From contig NC_082714.1 of assembly GCF_030144855.1 (NCBI RefSeq), positions 93,124,001 through 93,188,000 on the forward strand: 64,000 nucleotides of DNA, read 5' to 3'. The position numbers and the translations under genes are program-made. The DNA comes from Hypanus sabinus (taxonomy: Eukaryota). The notes under the pieces are model-generated. The model had not been told where the DNA came from. It worked only from the letters and a program-made list of their open reading frames with translations, and ran no database searches. Below are positions 13,868 through 27,614 of this stretch, one piece after another (position 1 is the first letter of the stretch; every line of letters begins with the position of its first letter).

Positions 13868-14639
13868 GTAAGTGCACACAATTTCAAGTACACCTGTAAA
13901 CCTGCTCGTTAATGCGATACCCTGTCGTTTTCTGGCACACCATTCTGTAGCGCTTACTGAGGCTGGTTTAAAGAAAAACAAACAACAGTGGCAGTGATGT
14001 GGACGAATCCGACTTGTTAGAGGAAACTGGTTAGAGGAGAATGAGCAGACTGGTTCAAAGTGATAGGAAGACGAAAGTAACTTAAATCATTACGTGTTAC
14101 GACAGTGGTGTCAGAAGAGCATCTCTGAGCGCACAGTGCGTGGAACCTTGAAGTGAATGGGTTACAACAGCAGAATACCACACTGGGTTCCATTCCTGTA
14201 CCCAATAATGCCATTTACAAGCAGGTAATTGCTTTGCGATTAGAATAGTACAACACGGGAACAGGTCTTTCAGCCTAGTCTTTCCATTAAGCTAATTGAA
14301 TTAGTAATCAAATACACAACTACAATAAATACTTCCGCTTGAAGAATGTCCATATTCTTCAATTTCCAGCACATCTATGTGCCTATCGTAAAGTATGCAG
14401 AACCGCTCTATCGCATTTTCCTCCACCAACACCTTGGGCAGCGAATTCCGGGCTACTACCATTCTCTGTGTTAAAACATCTCCTTTGAACTTAACCCAGT
14501 TTACCTTAAGCGCTTGCCTCGTTCCAACAATGTGGAGAAGCGATACTGGCTACCTTTTCTATCTGTGTCTCTCACAGTATGTAACTCTCTGACAAATAGC
14601 CCCTCAGTCTCAGAAATTCCAGAGAAAACACGTATGCTC

Positions 14640-15075
14640 AAGTTCAAGTTCAAGTTCAGTTTCTTGTCATTCAGCTGTACATATATATATATCGCCAAAC
14701 GAAACACGTTCCTCTGGACCAAGTTGCACAACACAGTACATATAACTTACACACCACACATTAAGTAATATAACCATAATAATCACAGATATATTAACAA
14801 ATAATACAATGCCTGCGGCACAAGTCAAAAGTAAACAGTATAACGCCAGTGACACTTCATACGTGCTGAGACATGGGTGACGGCAGGGAGTTTAGTAGTC
14901 TTATGACCTGTGGGATGAAGCTGTTTCCTACCCTAAAAGTTCTTGTTTTAATACTCCGGTACCGCCTTCCTGATGGTGGAGGAATGGGAGGGATTACTGC
15001 CAATGTAAGAATTCGTATGCAAAGCCAAACTCTCCTTACAGCAGATGCTCTCCATTCCAACCAGCATGCCAACAA
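14640..15075 (-). mobile_element. Rex1/L2-like LINE 3' fragment
   Basis: PSGRRYRSIKTRTFRVGNSFIPQVIRLLN motif and (ttgaac)n tail. Related 3' pieces occur near 13205-13480, 31200-31620, 33900-34200 and 60900-61150. Confidence 0.55.
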
Positions 15076-15079
15076 ACTT

Positions 15080-16540
15080 CTTCAACAATTTTTCCAAAGC
15101 CTCAACATCTTTCCTATAATGGAGCCGACCAAAATTGAATTCAGGGATAAATGAACCGAACTCCAAAATCCCTCTGTATGTCACTGGTGTTAAGGGTCTT
15201 GCCATTAATAGTGAGCCAACCGTTTATAATGGAACATTTCTCACTTGTGGGATTAAACTCTGTTATTCGCCCGCATCTGCAACATATCTGTATCCTCTGG
15301 TCGCCTTCTTCACTGTCCACAACTTTAGCATCATCTGCAAGCTTATTAACCCACCCATTTACATTTTAATCCAGGTCATTTATATATATCACATATATAT
15401 CACCTATGGCAGAGGTCCCAGCAGAGATCCCTGCGGGACACAGCCCCATCCCCCCAGCTGGAATAAGTCCTTTCGACCGGTACCCTTTGTCTTCTGTGGG
15501 AAAGCCTGTTCTGAATCCAAACGATCAATTCACCATAGAACCCATGCATTTGTTTATAAATCCGGTCGTTAAGAATTATTTTCAGTAACGTCCTTCCCAC
15601 TGACCGGAGACTCACTGGTCTAAAATTCTCAAGATGAACCCTATTTATTTTCAAAAATAAGAGAACATTAGCTATTTACTAGCTCTGAGAGACCTCGCCT
15701 GTGGTTAGAGGCCACTGAGATATCGGTGAAGCCTCCAGCAATCTCATCTGTTGCCCCTCTCAATAATCCGGAGTATATCCTATCGGGACATACACTTAAT
15801 GTTCTTTAAGAGACCCAGTACTGCCTCATTCTTTATCTCATAATGCACAAGCAAATTCGTTCCCTCCACACTGATCTCGCCACCTTCCACATCCTTCTCC
15901 TTGATGTTAAGCACTGAACCACATTCTTCACATCCATGCACATGTTCCCTCATTTATCGTTCGGTTGTCCTACCCGCTGCTAATTATCACCTTGCTCTTG
16001 ATGTATGAATAGAACGTCCCGGGATTCTCTTTAATCCAACTTGCAAATGAATTCTTAAGGGCTCTGTTTGATTTTTTTTTAGCTTTGCGAACATTTTATT
16101 CTTTTTTACCAAAAGATTCCCTTTCCTTCTGGACCGGATTCGCTGTCTGTCTCGATACCTGCGCCAAAGCAGCTGTTCCCAATTGATGCTGTCCAGTTTC
16201 TGTCTAATATTCACAAAGTTACTCTGTTCGAATGTAATGGTCTTTGTAATATTCTTATTTACGGCTATCTGAAAAATTATGGATTTATGATCACGGTCCC
16301 TAAATGTTCTCCCAGTGAACATTTGGCCAGGTTCATTATCAAACTCCACTTCAATTTTGCCCCATCTTCTTGTTGGCACATCTGTAGTTCGATATAGAAA
16401 CTATTTAGGATTCAGCAAACAAATGCTGAACTGTATAAATCTCTTGCTTTAAGGAGATCCCGCTCTGTTAGGAAAGTTGAAGTCACCCACAACAACTCTG
16501 TTGTTATCATACCTTTGTGTAGGATTCATTGTTCTAAAAC
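15080..16540 (-). mobile_element. Degenerate CR1 ORF2 fragments
   Basis: NFRPVSLRSVG, WIQNRLSHRRQRV and DHKSIIFQI motifs in minus-strand ORFs. Confidence 0.7.
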
Positions 16541-17459
16541 ACATTGCAGATACAACAATAGACAGAACGTAAAACCAAACTACGGGTTCATGTGACCCGT
16601 AGCTGGTCCTCCCGGTTGGCGGGGTGTCTTTAAACGAGGAGCGGTCGGGTGTCCAGCTCCGCAGCAGTGAACATTGACAATGTTGGCGTTAGTTCGCAAC
16701 AACGGAGTGCAGAGATCTTGAGAAGTCGTGGAGATGCGGAAGAAGAGAAAGAATACAACAGGGAATGGAATTAGAGAGGGTCTTTGAGGGGATTTCAATA
16801 GCAGGGAAACAGCTTAAAAAGGAGTTACAGATCGCCGAGGAGAATGAGGTTGGAATGTACTGCATTGATAAAGGGTTTAGGATTTGGAAGAATTACACAG
16901 ATCGAAAAAGGGTTAGATGGGTTACACAGATAGACGGTTTCGGGGCTGGAGGGGGTCACACGGAGCGGTATACCGGCGGGAGGTGTTACGCAAATAGGCT
17001 GCTGTGTAGGTGCTTAAACAGTGCGGAGACTGATGGGAGTTGCATAGATAGGGAAGGACATTGGTGCTGGTAGCGTTAGATGAGAAGGGAGACATGGAAG
17101 ATGTAAGGCCGGAAGACACTGCATTTAAGGGACAACAGGAGGCCCATGGGCTGTAGGATATTATGGACGTATTAGGTCCAGGACTGGACAAGGTTACACA
17201 GAACATGGAGTGAAGAATATGATTAAAATCGGAAGGACATCGCAGGGGCAGGTTCAGGGATTGGACGAGAGAGTCCTGCAATTTGTTGTTGGCTGTAATC
17301 AGGGAAATTAAAGGTGAATGAAACTCTTTGCTCCATAATATCACATCACATTGATTTGTAATTAACGTATAATTAAATTTCCTCATACACACAACCTGGT
17401 GAGGAATGGTGCAGGGTGGGGAGTGATACGGTAACCAATCTCATGCCATTCCCTTACAG

Positions 17460-17492
17460 ATCTACGCCCAGCTGGCGATTGATACCAACTGA
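17460..17492 (+). CDS. Gene A exon 6: terminal exon IYAQLAIDTN* (YxxL motif)
   Basis: Acceptor cattcccttacag|, phase 0 matching exon 5. Total spliced CDS is 873 nt (290 aa plus stop). AATAAA lies downstream at 17909. Confidence 0.68.
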   Translation: MYAQLAIDTN

Positions 17493-17908
17493 TATGGAAA
17501 GGCAGAGTGAATATTATCTTCCGTGAACAACGACAGATTTAAACCTTGTTTCGTATGTGCGGACCAAGAACTGCAACGGAGTAGTATGATTAAATGTTTT
17601 TGAAGTGTTGGTAACAGCACCAGCTGAGCAACTTACAGTGCGGGAGAGACAAACCGGAGCCGCCGAGACGAAAACGTGCACACTCGAAAGAAAGCCCGCG
17701 CGCAGGAGGCCCAATTGATTCACGGCGCCATCGATTGGCTGCATGAGTACTTGTCATATTCCAGTTTCTCTCCACCCAAAGCCTCACTGAGAGCTCCTTC
17801 AGTCTCAGACCAATCGGTAATAATGTACAACGCTTAATCTGTAGTCCCATCTCTGATTATGTACAGCTTACTCGGATTAAAACTGACCCTTGCCCTAACT
17901 ATTGCTTT

Positions 17909-17914
17909 AATAAA
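17909..17914 (+). terminator. Candidate polyadenylation signal of gene A
   Basis: AATAAA about 420 nt after the stop codon, just before a CR1 insertion. Confidence 0.4.
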
Positions 17915-17989
17915 TTAAAATTTGGCATGAAATGTAGATTTTTTTTTTCTTGGTCATCTGAACGCCGAATTGGTGGTGAGCCGCTTGTA

Positions 17990-20900
17990 TGTAATTGTTC
18001 AAAGGTTGATTGCGTAATCTCCACTGGAGCAGGGATCACGATTTCTCACTCCAGATCATGAGACGTTCCCACTAAAGGTACAGAAAGAAATCCTTACTGA
18101 CAGGAGGTATAGAAGATTAGAGAGTTAAATGCGTGGCTCAAGGATTGGCGTGGGAGAAGTAGGTTTGAATTCATGGGGAATTGGCACCACTTTTCGGGAA
18201 GGAATCCGATGGGCTCCACGTGAACCGTGATGGGACATGGATTTTTAGCGAAACGCATAACTAGCGCTGTGGATAGGGCTTGAAACAAATAGTAGGGGTG
18301 GGTTCGACAGATTGGAGAAGTATGGATAAAGTAAAAAGGAAAGATTTGCATAAAGTAAAAGCAAAAAACAAAAAAGAGAAAAGTAGTAGTGGAGTGAAGA
18401 ACACTCAAGTGGAAAAGAGTAAAAGATTACAAGATTTTAAAAGTACAATGAGTGTAAAGGCACTTCATTTGAATGCCGACAGCATTCGTAACAAGATCAG
18501 TAAACTTGTAGCCCAAATCAGTAGGATTTAGTGGCCATCACAGAAACGTAGTTGCAAGCTGGAGAAGATTGGGAATTAAATATCCAGGGATATCAGGTAA
18601 TACAGAAGGATTGGCAGGAAGGTAAGGGAGGACGGGGTAGCATTTTTAATTAGAGATGAGATCAGGGTGATAGTGAGAGACGATATAAGATCTAAGGAGC
18701 AGAATGTTGAATCCATCTGGGCAGAGATTAGGAACAGTAGTGGAGAAAACAGTCTCTGGTGGGAGTTGTCTATCGGTCGCTGAATAATAACATTATGGTG
18801 GCACAGGCAATAAACAAAGAAATATCTGAGGCATGTAAGAATGGAACCGCAGTTATCATGGGGGACTTTTAACGTGTACATAGATTGGGTGAAATAAGCT
18901 GCTAGACGGTGGCTTGAGGAGAACTTCGTAGAGTGACACGTGACAGCTTTCTTGAACAGCATGTTACCGAACCTACAAGGGAACGTCCTATCTTACTGTG
19001 CAAGGAGACAGGTAAAACTAGTGATCCTGTAGTTAAGGGTCCTCTTGGAAAGACTGATCACAGTATGATTAAGTTTGTCATAGAAATGGAGAGTGCAATA
19101 GTTTGATCTACAGCCAGTGTATTATGCCTAAACAATGGAGACTGCAATGGAATGAGGGTGGGTTTGGTTAGTGTAGACTGGGAACACAGGCTATGTGGTG
19201 AGACGGTTGAGGAACAGTGGAAGATCTTCAAAGAAAGTTTTCACGATACTCAACAAATGTATATTCCAGTTAAAGGCAAGGACGGTAAGGGAGGGGAGAG
19301 CCTTAGATGAGTAAGAAAATAAAAGAAGGCATTAAACTAAATATTCTTGTGTACAAAGTCGCCTAGAGTAGTGGGAAACACGAAGATAGGGAAAACTTTA
19401 ACTTTAGGGAAAACAGCAAAGAACCACTAGCGAGCAATAAAGAAAGGGAAGCCAGACAATGAAAATAAACCAGCACAAAATATAAAACCGATCGTGAAAC
19501 TTTTATAATTATACAAACCGGAAAAGGATGGCTAAGGTGTCCGTGGGTCTTTGGGAGACGAGAAGGGGGAATTGATGTTGGGTATTGAGGAAATGACTGA
19601 GGTTTTGGTTGACTATTTTGTGTCAGTTTTCACAGTGTAGGACATGTCTAACGTGCCAAGAGAGATGATATGGATGCGATAAGAGGTGAGGACATCGATA
19701 CAATAACTATCACTAAAGAGGTAGTGCTGAGCAAACTTGCAGGTCTAAAGATAGACAAGACACCTGGTTCTGATGGAATGCATCACAGGATACTGAAAGA
19801 AATGGCAGGGGTTATAGTTGAAGGCTTGGTCATATGTCAGCAAAATTTTCTGGACTCCGGCAGGTCCCGACGGATTTGACGAAGGCGAATATCACTCCAC
19901 CATTCAAAGGGAATGTAAGCAAAAGGTAGGTAACTGTAGGCCAGTTAGTTTAACATCTGTAATTGAGAAAATGATTGAAGCTATCGTTAAAGAAGAAATA
20001 ACGAAGCATCTGGAAAGACGTAGCATGGATTCAGCAAAGGCAGGTCCTGTATGACAAATTTACTGGAGATCTTTGAGGATATAACAAGCGCAGTGGATAA
20101 AGCGGAACACCTGGATGTTATTTGCTTGAATTTCCAGATGGCTTTAGATAAGGTGCCACATAAAAGACTTATCCATAAGATGAGATTGCATAGACTTGGG
20201 TGTAGTGCATTAGCATGGGCAGAGGATTTGTTAGCCAATAGAATGTAAAGATTTGGGATACATGGGTGTTTCACTGCTTGGCAATCAGTGGTGAGTGGTG
20301 TGCCGCAGGTGTCGGTGCTGGGCCTGTAGCTGTTCACGATATACATTAATGATCTGGAAGAGGGAGGCGACTGTTTTGTATCTACGTTTGCTGATGACAC
20401 TGTATGGATTAGAGAAACAAATTGTGCATAGTTAACGGAGAGCCTGCAGAGAGATACAGATAGGTTAAGCGAGTGGGAAAGGGTCTGGCAGATGGAGAAA
20501 AATGTTGGTAAATTGAGGTTAAATACTTTAGAAGGAAAAATCGAAGATCCGATTGTTATTTAAATGGTTAAAAGATTGCAGCGTGATGCCGTGCAGTAGA
20601 ACTTGGGCGTGTTTGTGCATGAATCGCAAAAGACTGGTTTGCAGGTGCATCAAGTTATCAATAAGTCAAACGGACTGGAGGTCATTGCTAAATCTATTGA
20701 ATTTAAGAATAGGGAGGCTATGCTTCAGCTGTATCGGGTACTGGTGAGGCCGCTTCTAGAGTATTGTGTGCTGTTCTGGTCTCCTTTCTTGAGGAAGAAT
20801 ATAAAGGCTCTGGAGGCTGTGCAGAAGATATTCACCAGGTTGATTTCAGAGATGCGGGGGTTAGACTATGAGGAGAGATTGAATTGCCTGGGAATGTACT

Positions 20901-21310
20901 TGCTGGAATTTAGAAGGATGAGAAGAAATCTTGTAGAGACATATCGAAATATGAATGGGATAGATAAGATTGAGGTAGGAAAGTTATTTCCACTGGAAAG
21001 TGTGACTAGAGCTAGAGGACATAGCGTCAAGATTCGGGGGAGTAAATTTAGGACGAATATGAGGAGGAACTACTTTTCCCAGATCTGTGGAATTCTCTGC
21101 ACATTGAAGCAGTGGAGGCGACCTCAGTAAGTATATTTAAGACAAGGCTGGATAGAGTTTTGTATAGTAGGAGAATTAAGGGTTTTGGAGGAAAGGCAGG
21201 ACACAGTACGGATGAGTTCATGGTCAGATCTGCCATGAACTTATTGAATAGTGGGGCAGTCTCGACAGGCCAAATGGCCTACACCTGCTCCTCTTTCTTA
21301 TGTTCTTTAA
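17990..21310 (+). mobile_element. Degenerate near-full CR1 LINE
   Basis: ORF1 SGNH remnant, LHLNADSIRNK endonuclease start, NCRPVSLTS, MTNLLEIFE, LVRPLLEYC, and a tcttatgttctt tail near 21300. Confidence 0.85.
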
Positions 21311-21419
21311 CATGGCACCTAAATTCCTGAACTGTCTGCGCAGAACTAATGAATCCCCTGTTGACAGACCCTGCGTCTTCTCCCCTTCCCTTCTGAGTCA
21401 GAGAGACAGAGCCAGTGCC

Positions 21420-22345
21420 AGAGACCCGACCACAGTAACTTTCCTCTGTTCGCAGTACTCGAAGTGCGGTACTGCTAATATCTTAAAAAGCCCCAGAATT
21501 ACAGCCTTGCTTCTATATTTCAGTTTTCTCGAAATGAATGCTAACATTGCATCTGCCTTCCTTACTACCGACTCAACCTGCAAATAACTTTCAGGGATTT
21601 CTACACAAGGACTCCCAGGGATCTTTGCTCCTCTGATTTTTAAATTTTCTTCCTGTTCAGAAAATAATCTACGCCATTATTCTTTCCACCAAATTGTATG
21701 ATCATACTCTTTCCTGCTCTTCATTCTATCTACAACTTCTTTGTCTATACTCCAGTTCTGTCTATGTCCTTCTGCAGACACCATGCTTCCTCATCACGAC
21801 CCGTACCTGCAATTGTCTTTGTTTTGTCCGTAAACCTGGCCACAAAGGAATCAGTTCCGAAAACCACATCGTTGTCATAAAGTGTCAAAGGAAGCGGTCC
21901 CACCACCGGCCTTTGTGGAATACCACCAGTCTTCGGCAGCTAATCTATCCATGCTAGTATCTTTCCTGTAATACCATTGATCTTATTAAGCAACCTGATG
22001 TGCGGCACCTTATCAAAGGATTTCTGAAAATCTAAGTAAGTAACACCCACTCACTCTCCTCTGTCTGTCTTGCCTGTTATTTCCTCGAAGATTTCCAACA
22101 GACTTGCCCGTCAAGATTTCTGCTAAAGGAAATCATGCCGACTTTGGCTTACTGTATCATGTGATTCCAAATACTTTGAAACCTCAGCCTTCGTAATGGA
22201 TTCCAACATCCTCCCAACCACTGAAGACAGGCTTAATAGCCTATAATGTCCTTTCTTCTGCCTCTGAAAGAGTGGACTGACAGTTACAAATTTCCAGTCC
22301 CCCGGAACTATTCCTGAATCTAATGACCCTTGAAAGATCATTTTA
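21420..22345 (-). mobile_element. CR1 RT fragments
   Basis: MLAFISRKLKYRS and IVPGDWK..YRLLSLSSVVG motifs. Confidence 0.7.
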
Positions 22346-22374
22346 TAGCTACCTGCAATAAACTCACCGATCAT

Positions 22375-23575
22375 CACAGCTACCTGACCTATACCTCTGA
22401 CCACCATGTTACTTGTAAAAATGCCACGCCCATGTCTCAATTCCTCAGTCTCCACTGCATCTGCTCTCAGCTTGAATCTTTTCGCTGCAGAACTAACACT
22501 TTCTCCTTCCTCAAAGAAAGAGATTTCCCTTTCTCCACCATCAATACAGCCCTCACCCGCATCACTTCTATTTCTCACACGTCTTCCCTCACCCATCCAC
22601 CCGCCACCCCATTAGTGAAAGGGTTCTTCTTGACTTCGCCTACCACCTCACCAGTCGCCGCGTCCAGTATGTAACTCTGAGTAACGTCGGTGATCTCCAA
22701 CGGGATTCTACCATCAAGCACTTCTCCTGCCTCTACTTTCCGGTTTCCACAGGGATCGCTCGCTACGCGATTGTCTTGTCAATTCCTCCGTCCTCACTGA
22801 TCCCCATCCTGACACTTATCCTTGCAAGCGTAACAAGTGCTATACCTGCCCCTACACCTCCACCCCCAGTACCATTCAGGCCCCAAACAGTCCTTGCAGG
22901 TGAGGCGGCACTTCAACTGCGTTCCCGGTTTGGCCTCCTGAATATTGGTGAGACCTGACGTAGATTGGGAGATGGCTTCACCGAGCACCTACACTCCGCC
23001 CGCCAGAAAAAGTGGGATCTCCCGGAGGTCACCCCTTTTAATACTACTTCACATTCAGTTTCTGACATGTCAGTCTATAACACCCCTACTATCGCGAAGA
23101 AGCTACATTCAGGTTGGAGGAGCAACTCCTGATATTTCATCTGGGTAACTTCCAACCCGATGCAATGAACATCAATTTCCTGAACTTTCGGTAATTGCTA
23201 CATGCTTTCCTTCTCCGTTCTCCATTCTCATTTCCCACTCTCAGCATAACTCCATACGTGCCCATGACCTCCTTCTGGTACTCCTCCCCCTTCCCATTCT
23301 TCGTGGCCTTTTGTCCCCTCCTATCAGATTACCCCTTCTCCAGCTCTTTATCTCTTTCACCGATCGACGCCCCAGCTCTCTACTTCACCCCTCTTCCTCT
23401 CCAGATTCATCTATCACGTACTAGCTTCTATTTCTTCCTTCTCGAGCCCCACCTCTTACTCTGACGTCATCTTTTTTCTGTAGTCCTGATGAAGGGTCTC
23501 TGCTCGAAACACCGATTGTTTACTCTTTTCTATTGATTTTGACTGTCCCGCGGAGTTCCAACAGCATTCAGTGAA
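22375..23575 (+). mobile_element. Penelope-like element fragment (RT C-terminus and GIY-YIG endonuclease)
   Basis: HSYLTYTSDHHVTCKNATPMSQFLSL and GLLNIGET-R-RLGD-F-EHL motifs. Confidence 0.75.
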
Positions 23576-23837
23576 CGTTACTTATTTCATAATGTTTTCA
23601 GCTGCCTCATTTACAACCCTGAGGTGCATCCATCTGGCCCAGATGACTTAACTACCCTCAGACCTTTCAGTTCCCAAGCTTCGTAATAGCAACTACACTC
23701 ATTTATGACACTCTGAAACATCTGTCCATACCGCTCGTGTCTTCCATAGTGATGACTGATGGAAAAAAGATTAATTTTGTTTGCTGTTTCTTAGTTCTCC
23801 CATTATTACTTATCTAAGTTATGTTCCAGAGGTCCGA

Positions 23838-23841
<4 letters not shown>

Positions 23842-23870
<29 letters not shown>
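23842..23870 (+). repeat. (CA)n microsatellite
   Basis: Direct reading. Confidence 0.9.
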
Positions 23871-23873
<3 letters not shown>

Positions 23874-24381
23874 TATGTGTGATTGTATGGGTGTGTGTAA
23901 AAAAGGTTTTGGTGTCTCTTTTATATTATTGATTATTAACCTCATTAACATTAACCTCATATTAACCTCATATCCTTAATATTCCAGCTTTAGGGACATG
24001 GAACCAGAAATCATGAATAGACTCCGCCCATGATTCAAGCAAAGAGCCTTTCCACTGAACTGACTGAGTTACCTCCCACTTTCCCATCAAATGCCTTTAT
24101 TCTGGGCGTTCAGTGGAGAGGGTAGAAGATGGCGCTGACAAGTGCTCTGCAGTTGTACAGGTCCATGTGAGTCACAAGAGGGAGGTGAAGAACTAGATTG
24201 GGATTTCCGGTTGCCATATTGGGAGCTCGAAGCACCGGATGTCAGCAGCGAACAAAGAACTTTCCAATTACAAACGTAAATAGGCAGTTAACGGAGTGTA
24301 CTGGATACAAATTACGGAGTCTGAAAATAACATGCAACAAAATTCTTGCAGAACTAACAACTAGACTTGCCTTTTTCCCAG

Positions 24382-24701
24382 TAGGACAATTGGACCAGAA
24401 GCCTTTTCGTTCTGTGTAGGAACTTGGGCCAGAGGAAGGACTTTGCCTTGCGCCTTCTGCAACAAGCATGTAGATCGCGGCTGATTTTGGAGACCGAGAG
24501 GATATAGGAAAACACAAAGAGCTGAAAGAAATTACCGATAAATCGAGGGCCGAGATGGAGACGATATACGTGATAGGAGACTCGAGAAAGGGTGTCATGA
24601 GCGCGGCTGGTCAGATTTCAGGGAGGGAGCATGTTGGAACTAATCGATGCAGCAGGTAAATCAAGGGGAAGTTTCAGAACAACGCTGAAATATTAAAATC
24701 G
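24382..24701 (+). pseudogene. Decayed VJ-type V exon of a third receptor gene
   Basis: Acceptor ctttttcccag| and donor ATCG|GTGAGG, 320 nt. Across frameshifts it reads LDQKP..TLPCAF..FW[Y]REDIGKHKEL..IYVIGDSRKG..REHVGTNRC (DxGxYxC with D>H and Y>N, one base each). Trp-to-Cys spacing equals that of gene A. Stops at 24417, 24482 and 24657. Confidence 0.65.
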
Positions 24702-27614
24702 GTGAGGGTGTACTGTCGGTCAGGAAAGACAGAACTGGAGAAAGACGAACAAATTGTGAATTGCAGATTTCGCTTCAGTGTTTGCATTACTTCCTTCTCC
24801 TCGCTAATGCCATTAAGAAGACCATAGGTGGGATAAGCCAGTACTCGTCCGGAGGAGAGGACGATTGGGAGGCCTCTTTCAGCGGCGTTTGACTCCATGA
24901 TATTATTAGCTGAAATGGACTCATCCAGCCGAATCTTAACTTTCCTCAGATGGTGTGTGATCTGCCGATGCTTCCAACATTTTCAGTGTTATTCTTGATT
25001 TTCCAAAATAAAATCCACAGCTCCACTGTTGCATTGAGGTCACGGATTGAATATGCATTGCAGGAATTATTCTGCACATTACCGAACAGATGTTGTCCTC
25101 AATCTGGCCAAACATCTCTGATTTAAATTACTTCTATGAGGATGAATAATTGATAGATTCGACAGTAAAAGAGTCAAAAGAGGCTTGTTTCTTCAGCGCA
25201 TGTATCTCTGGGATGATGTGGAGGAATTAGTGAAAAGGTATCATTCAATGCACGGCCCCAATCTGCTAGTTTCAAATTTAATCGAAAGGTTCTGTAATTT
25301 GACTACAGTTAAAAGCTAAGCGTCGTGGAGACGCTACAGACACGTCGCAAATGCTCTCTAATGATGAAAGGTTGTATATAAAACATTTGGGAGACAAGTT
25401 TTAGTATTTGACCATGTTACAACAATTGATCTTCTAATGACCGTTTGATTTTATATTGTGTCACACCATACAACAACATAACTGGATTATCGTAGGCATA
25501 ACTGACGCCTTGGTTGTGGAGAATTTAAACGTCCATTCTGAATCTGGCCTCTGTAGACTCTAAATCTATCGGCATTGTTTCAGGCCGAACTAAAAAAAAG
25601 GACAAATTAAATTGATTTATAAATTGTCAATTTAAACGACACAATTTTTGTTTGTCATCGAGAGGCAAAAGAAACAGAAATTCTCGGAATCGACATAGAA
25701 CTATAAATCTGTGAACGAGGATCTCTAATCTCTGAGATTAGCACAAAGGAATACTGTCGGTGAAATTTGCAAGAAAGGAAGTGTTAAATTTATGAGACTA
25801 CAAAATCAAAGGTACCAAAGGTTTCAAAGATACATTTAATGTAAGAACTGTACACAACATAGATGCTGAAGTTCTTTTTCTTCTAGGGTAGTTAAAGATG
25901 TCGTTGACGTAGTAACATTGTCATGTTCCTAAATGCTATATATCTCCTCTCAGATTCAATGACTGTAAATCCCCATCATTCAAGGAAGGCGGCCAAAGAA
26001 ATTAGTATCCAAAGTCTAGTTACCCGAACATAATGGCGAAGACGTGCAAACAGGAAAAAAACTGATGACTTAGAGTTATGGATTTGTCAGAGTGGAACAT
26101 ATTTGGCAAATCTATATTTTGAGTCTGTAGTTTTCCGAAGAGGTAAAGGCGAAACAGTTACCGTATTTACTTTATGAAAACAGTTAATAAGCTGTCACAC
26201 AGAATTATTAAAGTTAGTGTGATATATTTGGCATTGACCGAAGACTGGTAAGTGGAAATAGCTTAATTTAACATAAGGTGGCAAGTATATAAGCGAATTT
26301 CCAAGGTACAAAGAAAATGAAATGTAGCGCGGAAAATTGTAAGAACATGCACATCAGTCAACACGAGATAAAGAAATTTTAAATGACCAAAGACTGAAAT
26401 ATTTTGTTTTCAAGGATGACAAGGAGTTAATTGTACACAAATCACTGACAGTTAAGGTGTCGGTACAAGGAGCAATTAGGCGACAAACAACCTGCCAACT
26501 TTTGATACAGGAATTGATTACAAGGATAAAGTTAGGACTACGGCCTGACGGGGTTGATGCAGGGTTAATGATTATCTTGGATAGAAGTATCTAGAATGAG
26601 GCCGATGTTTTAAGAATAGGGTTGCCCTTTCAGAATTGAGGTGAGAGGTAATTTCTTCAATCATAATAAATCTCCAGAATGTTCGAGACGGATGACATAC
26701 AAGTTTAAGATCGAGCTGGATCGAGTTTTAGATAATAAATGGAAATCCAGGTCCTAGATTATTATAGGAAAATGGGACCGAGGTACCAAGCCAACCTTAG
26801 CCTTATTTAAATGGAATACGGACATAGAACACAGTGTTGCTGTTACAGAGTAAGTGCTCTGCGGGGTGACAAGTACAGTACAGGGGCCACGCGGGTGAGA
26901 GAAGCAATTAAATGTCACTTAACACCACCTGTTTCTTGCCAGCGGTTTAAGCAACCTGGACCGCACAACGCTTTCCACGGGTGCTCATGTATCACATAGC
27001 GACCTTTGCAGTTAGACGCAGTCACTGACCTTGAAAGCGTAAACAGGAAACCTGTAGCGCGAGATGACGCGGCCCAGTACTTTCCACAGACACATCGTTA
27101 AATGCCAGACACAATTTCGGCATCGACCTATATTTCGCTTCCCTTCCGAACCCACCGATATCTGGGCAATGACTCGGTGCATAATTCGCAGCAACAGTGA
27201 GTTTTTCAACGGTCTGCTTCCTGATATATCTCCCTCCAGGTTAGTCTTCGCTTCTCTGAATTTGGGAAGCATTTCGAGCTCCAGGTCATTGAAATGATTG
27301 TTTTAGGACAGGGGTTCCCAATCTGTATTATGCCATGGACATCCACCATTATCCAAAGGGTCTGTGGACCCCATGTTGGGAAGCCTCTGGCTTGGGGGAA
27401 GATTGGTTCATGTGGAATTATTTCGGGATAAGCTAAGCTTCGCGCCAGATCTTAAAATGACTCTCCTGATACATATAAAATATCTCAAATTGAATTTTTG
27501 GAACAAGGACGGAAGATTTACTAGTTCTCCTTAGCTCAGTTATCCATCAATGAAGATGACTGAAATATTATTGGAGATTATTGCATTTCCGAACCCTCCA
27601 AGGACTATCTGTAT

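Noticed and set aside
25000-26700. Possible degenerate L1/Tx1 or CR1 remnants
   Set aside because: Too decayed to assign a family by eye.
26943-27239. 297-nt AG/GT-bounded interval as the C1 exon of the third gene; LVFASLNL at 27240 resembling an ITIM
   Set aside because: Size and position fit, but no frame shows the C1 Cys/Trp core and the ITIM-like string has Phe, not Tyr. Mentioned only as a candidate, not listed as a feature.
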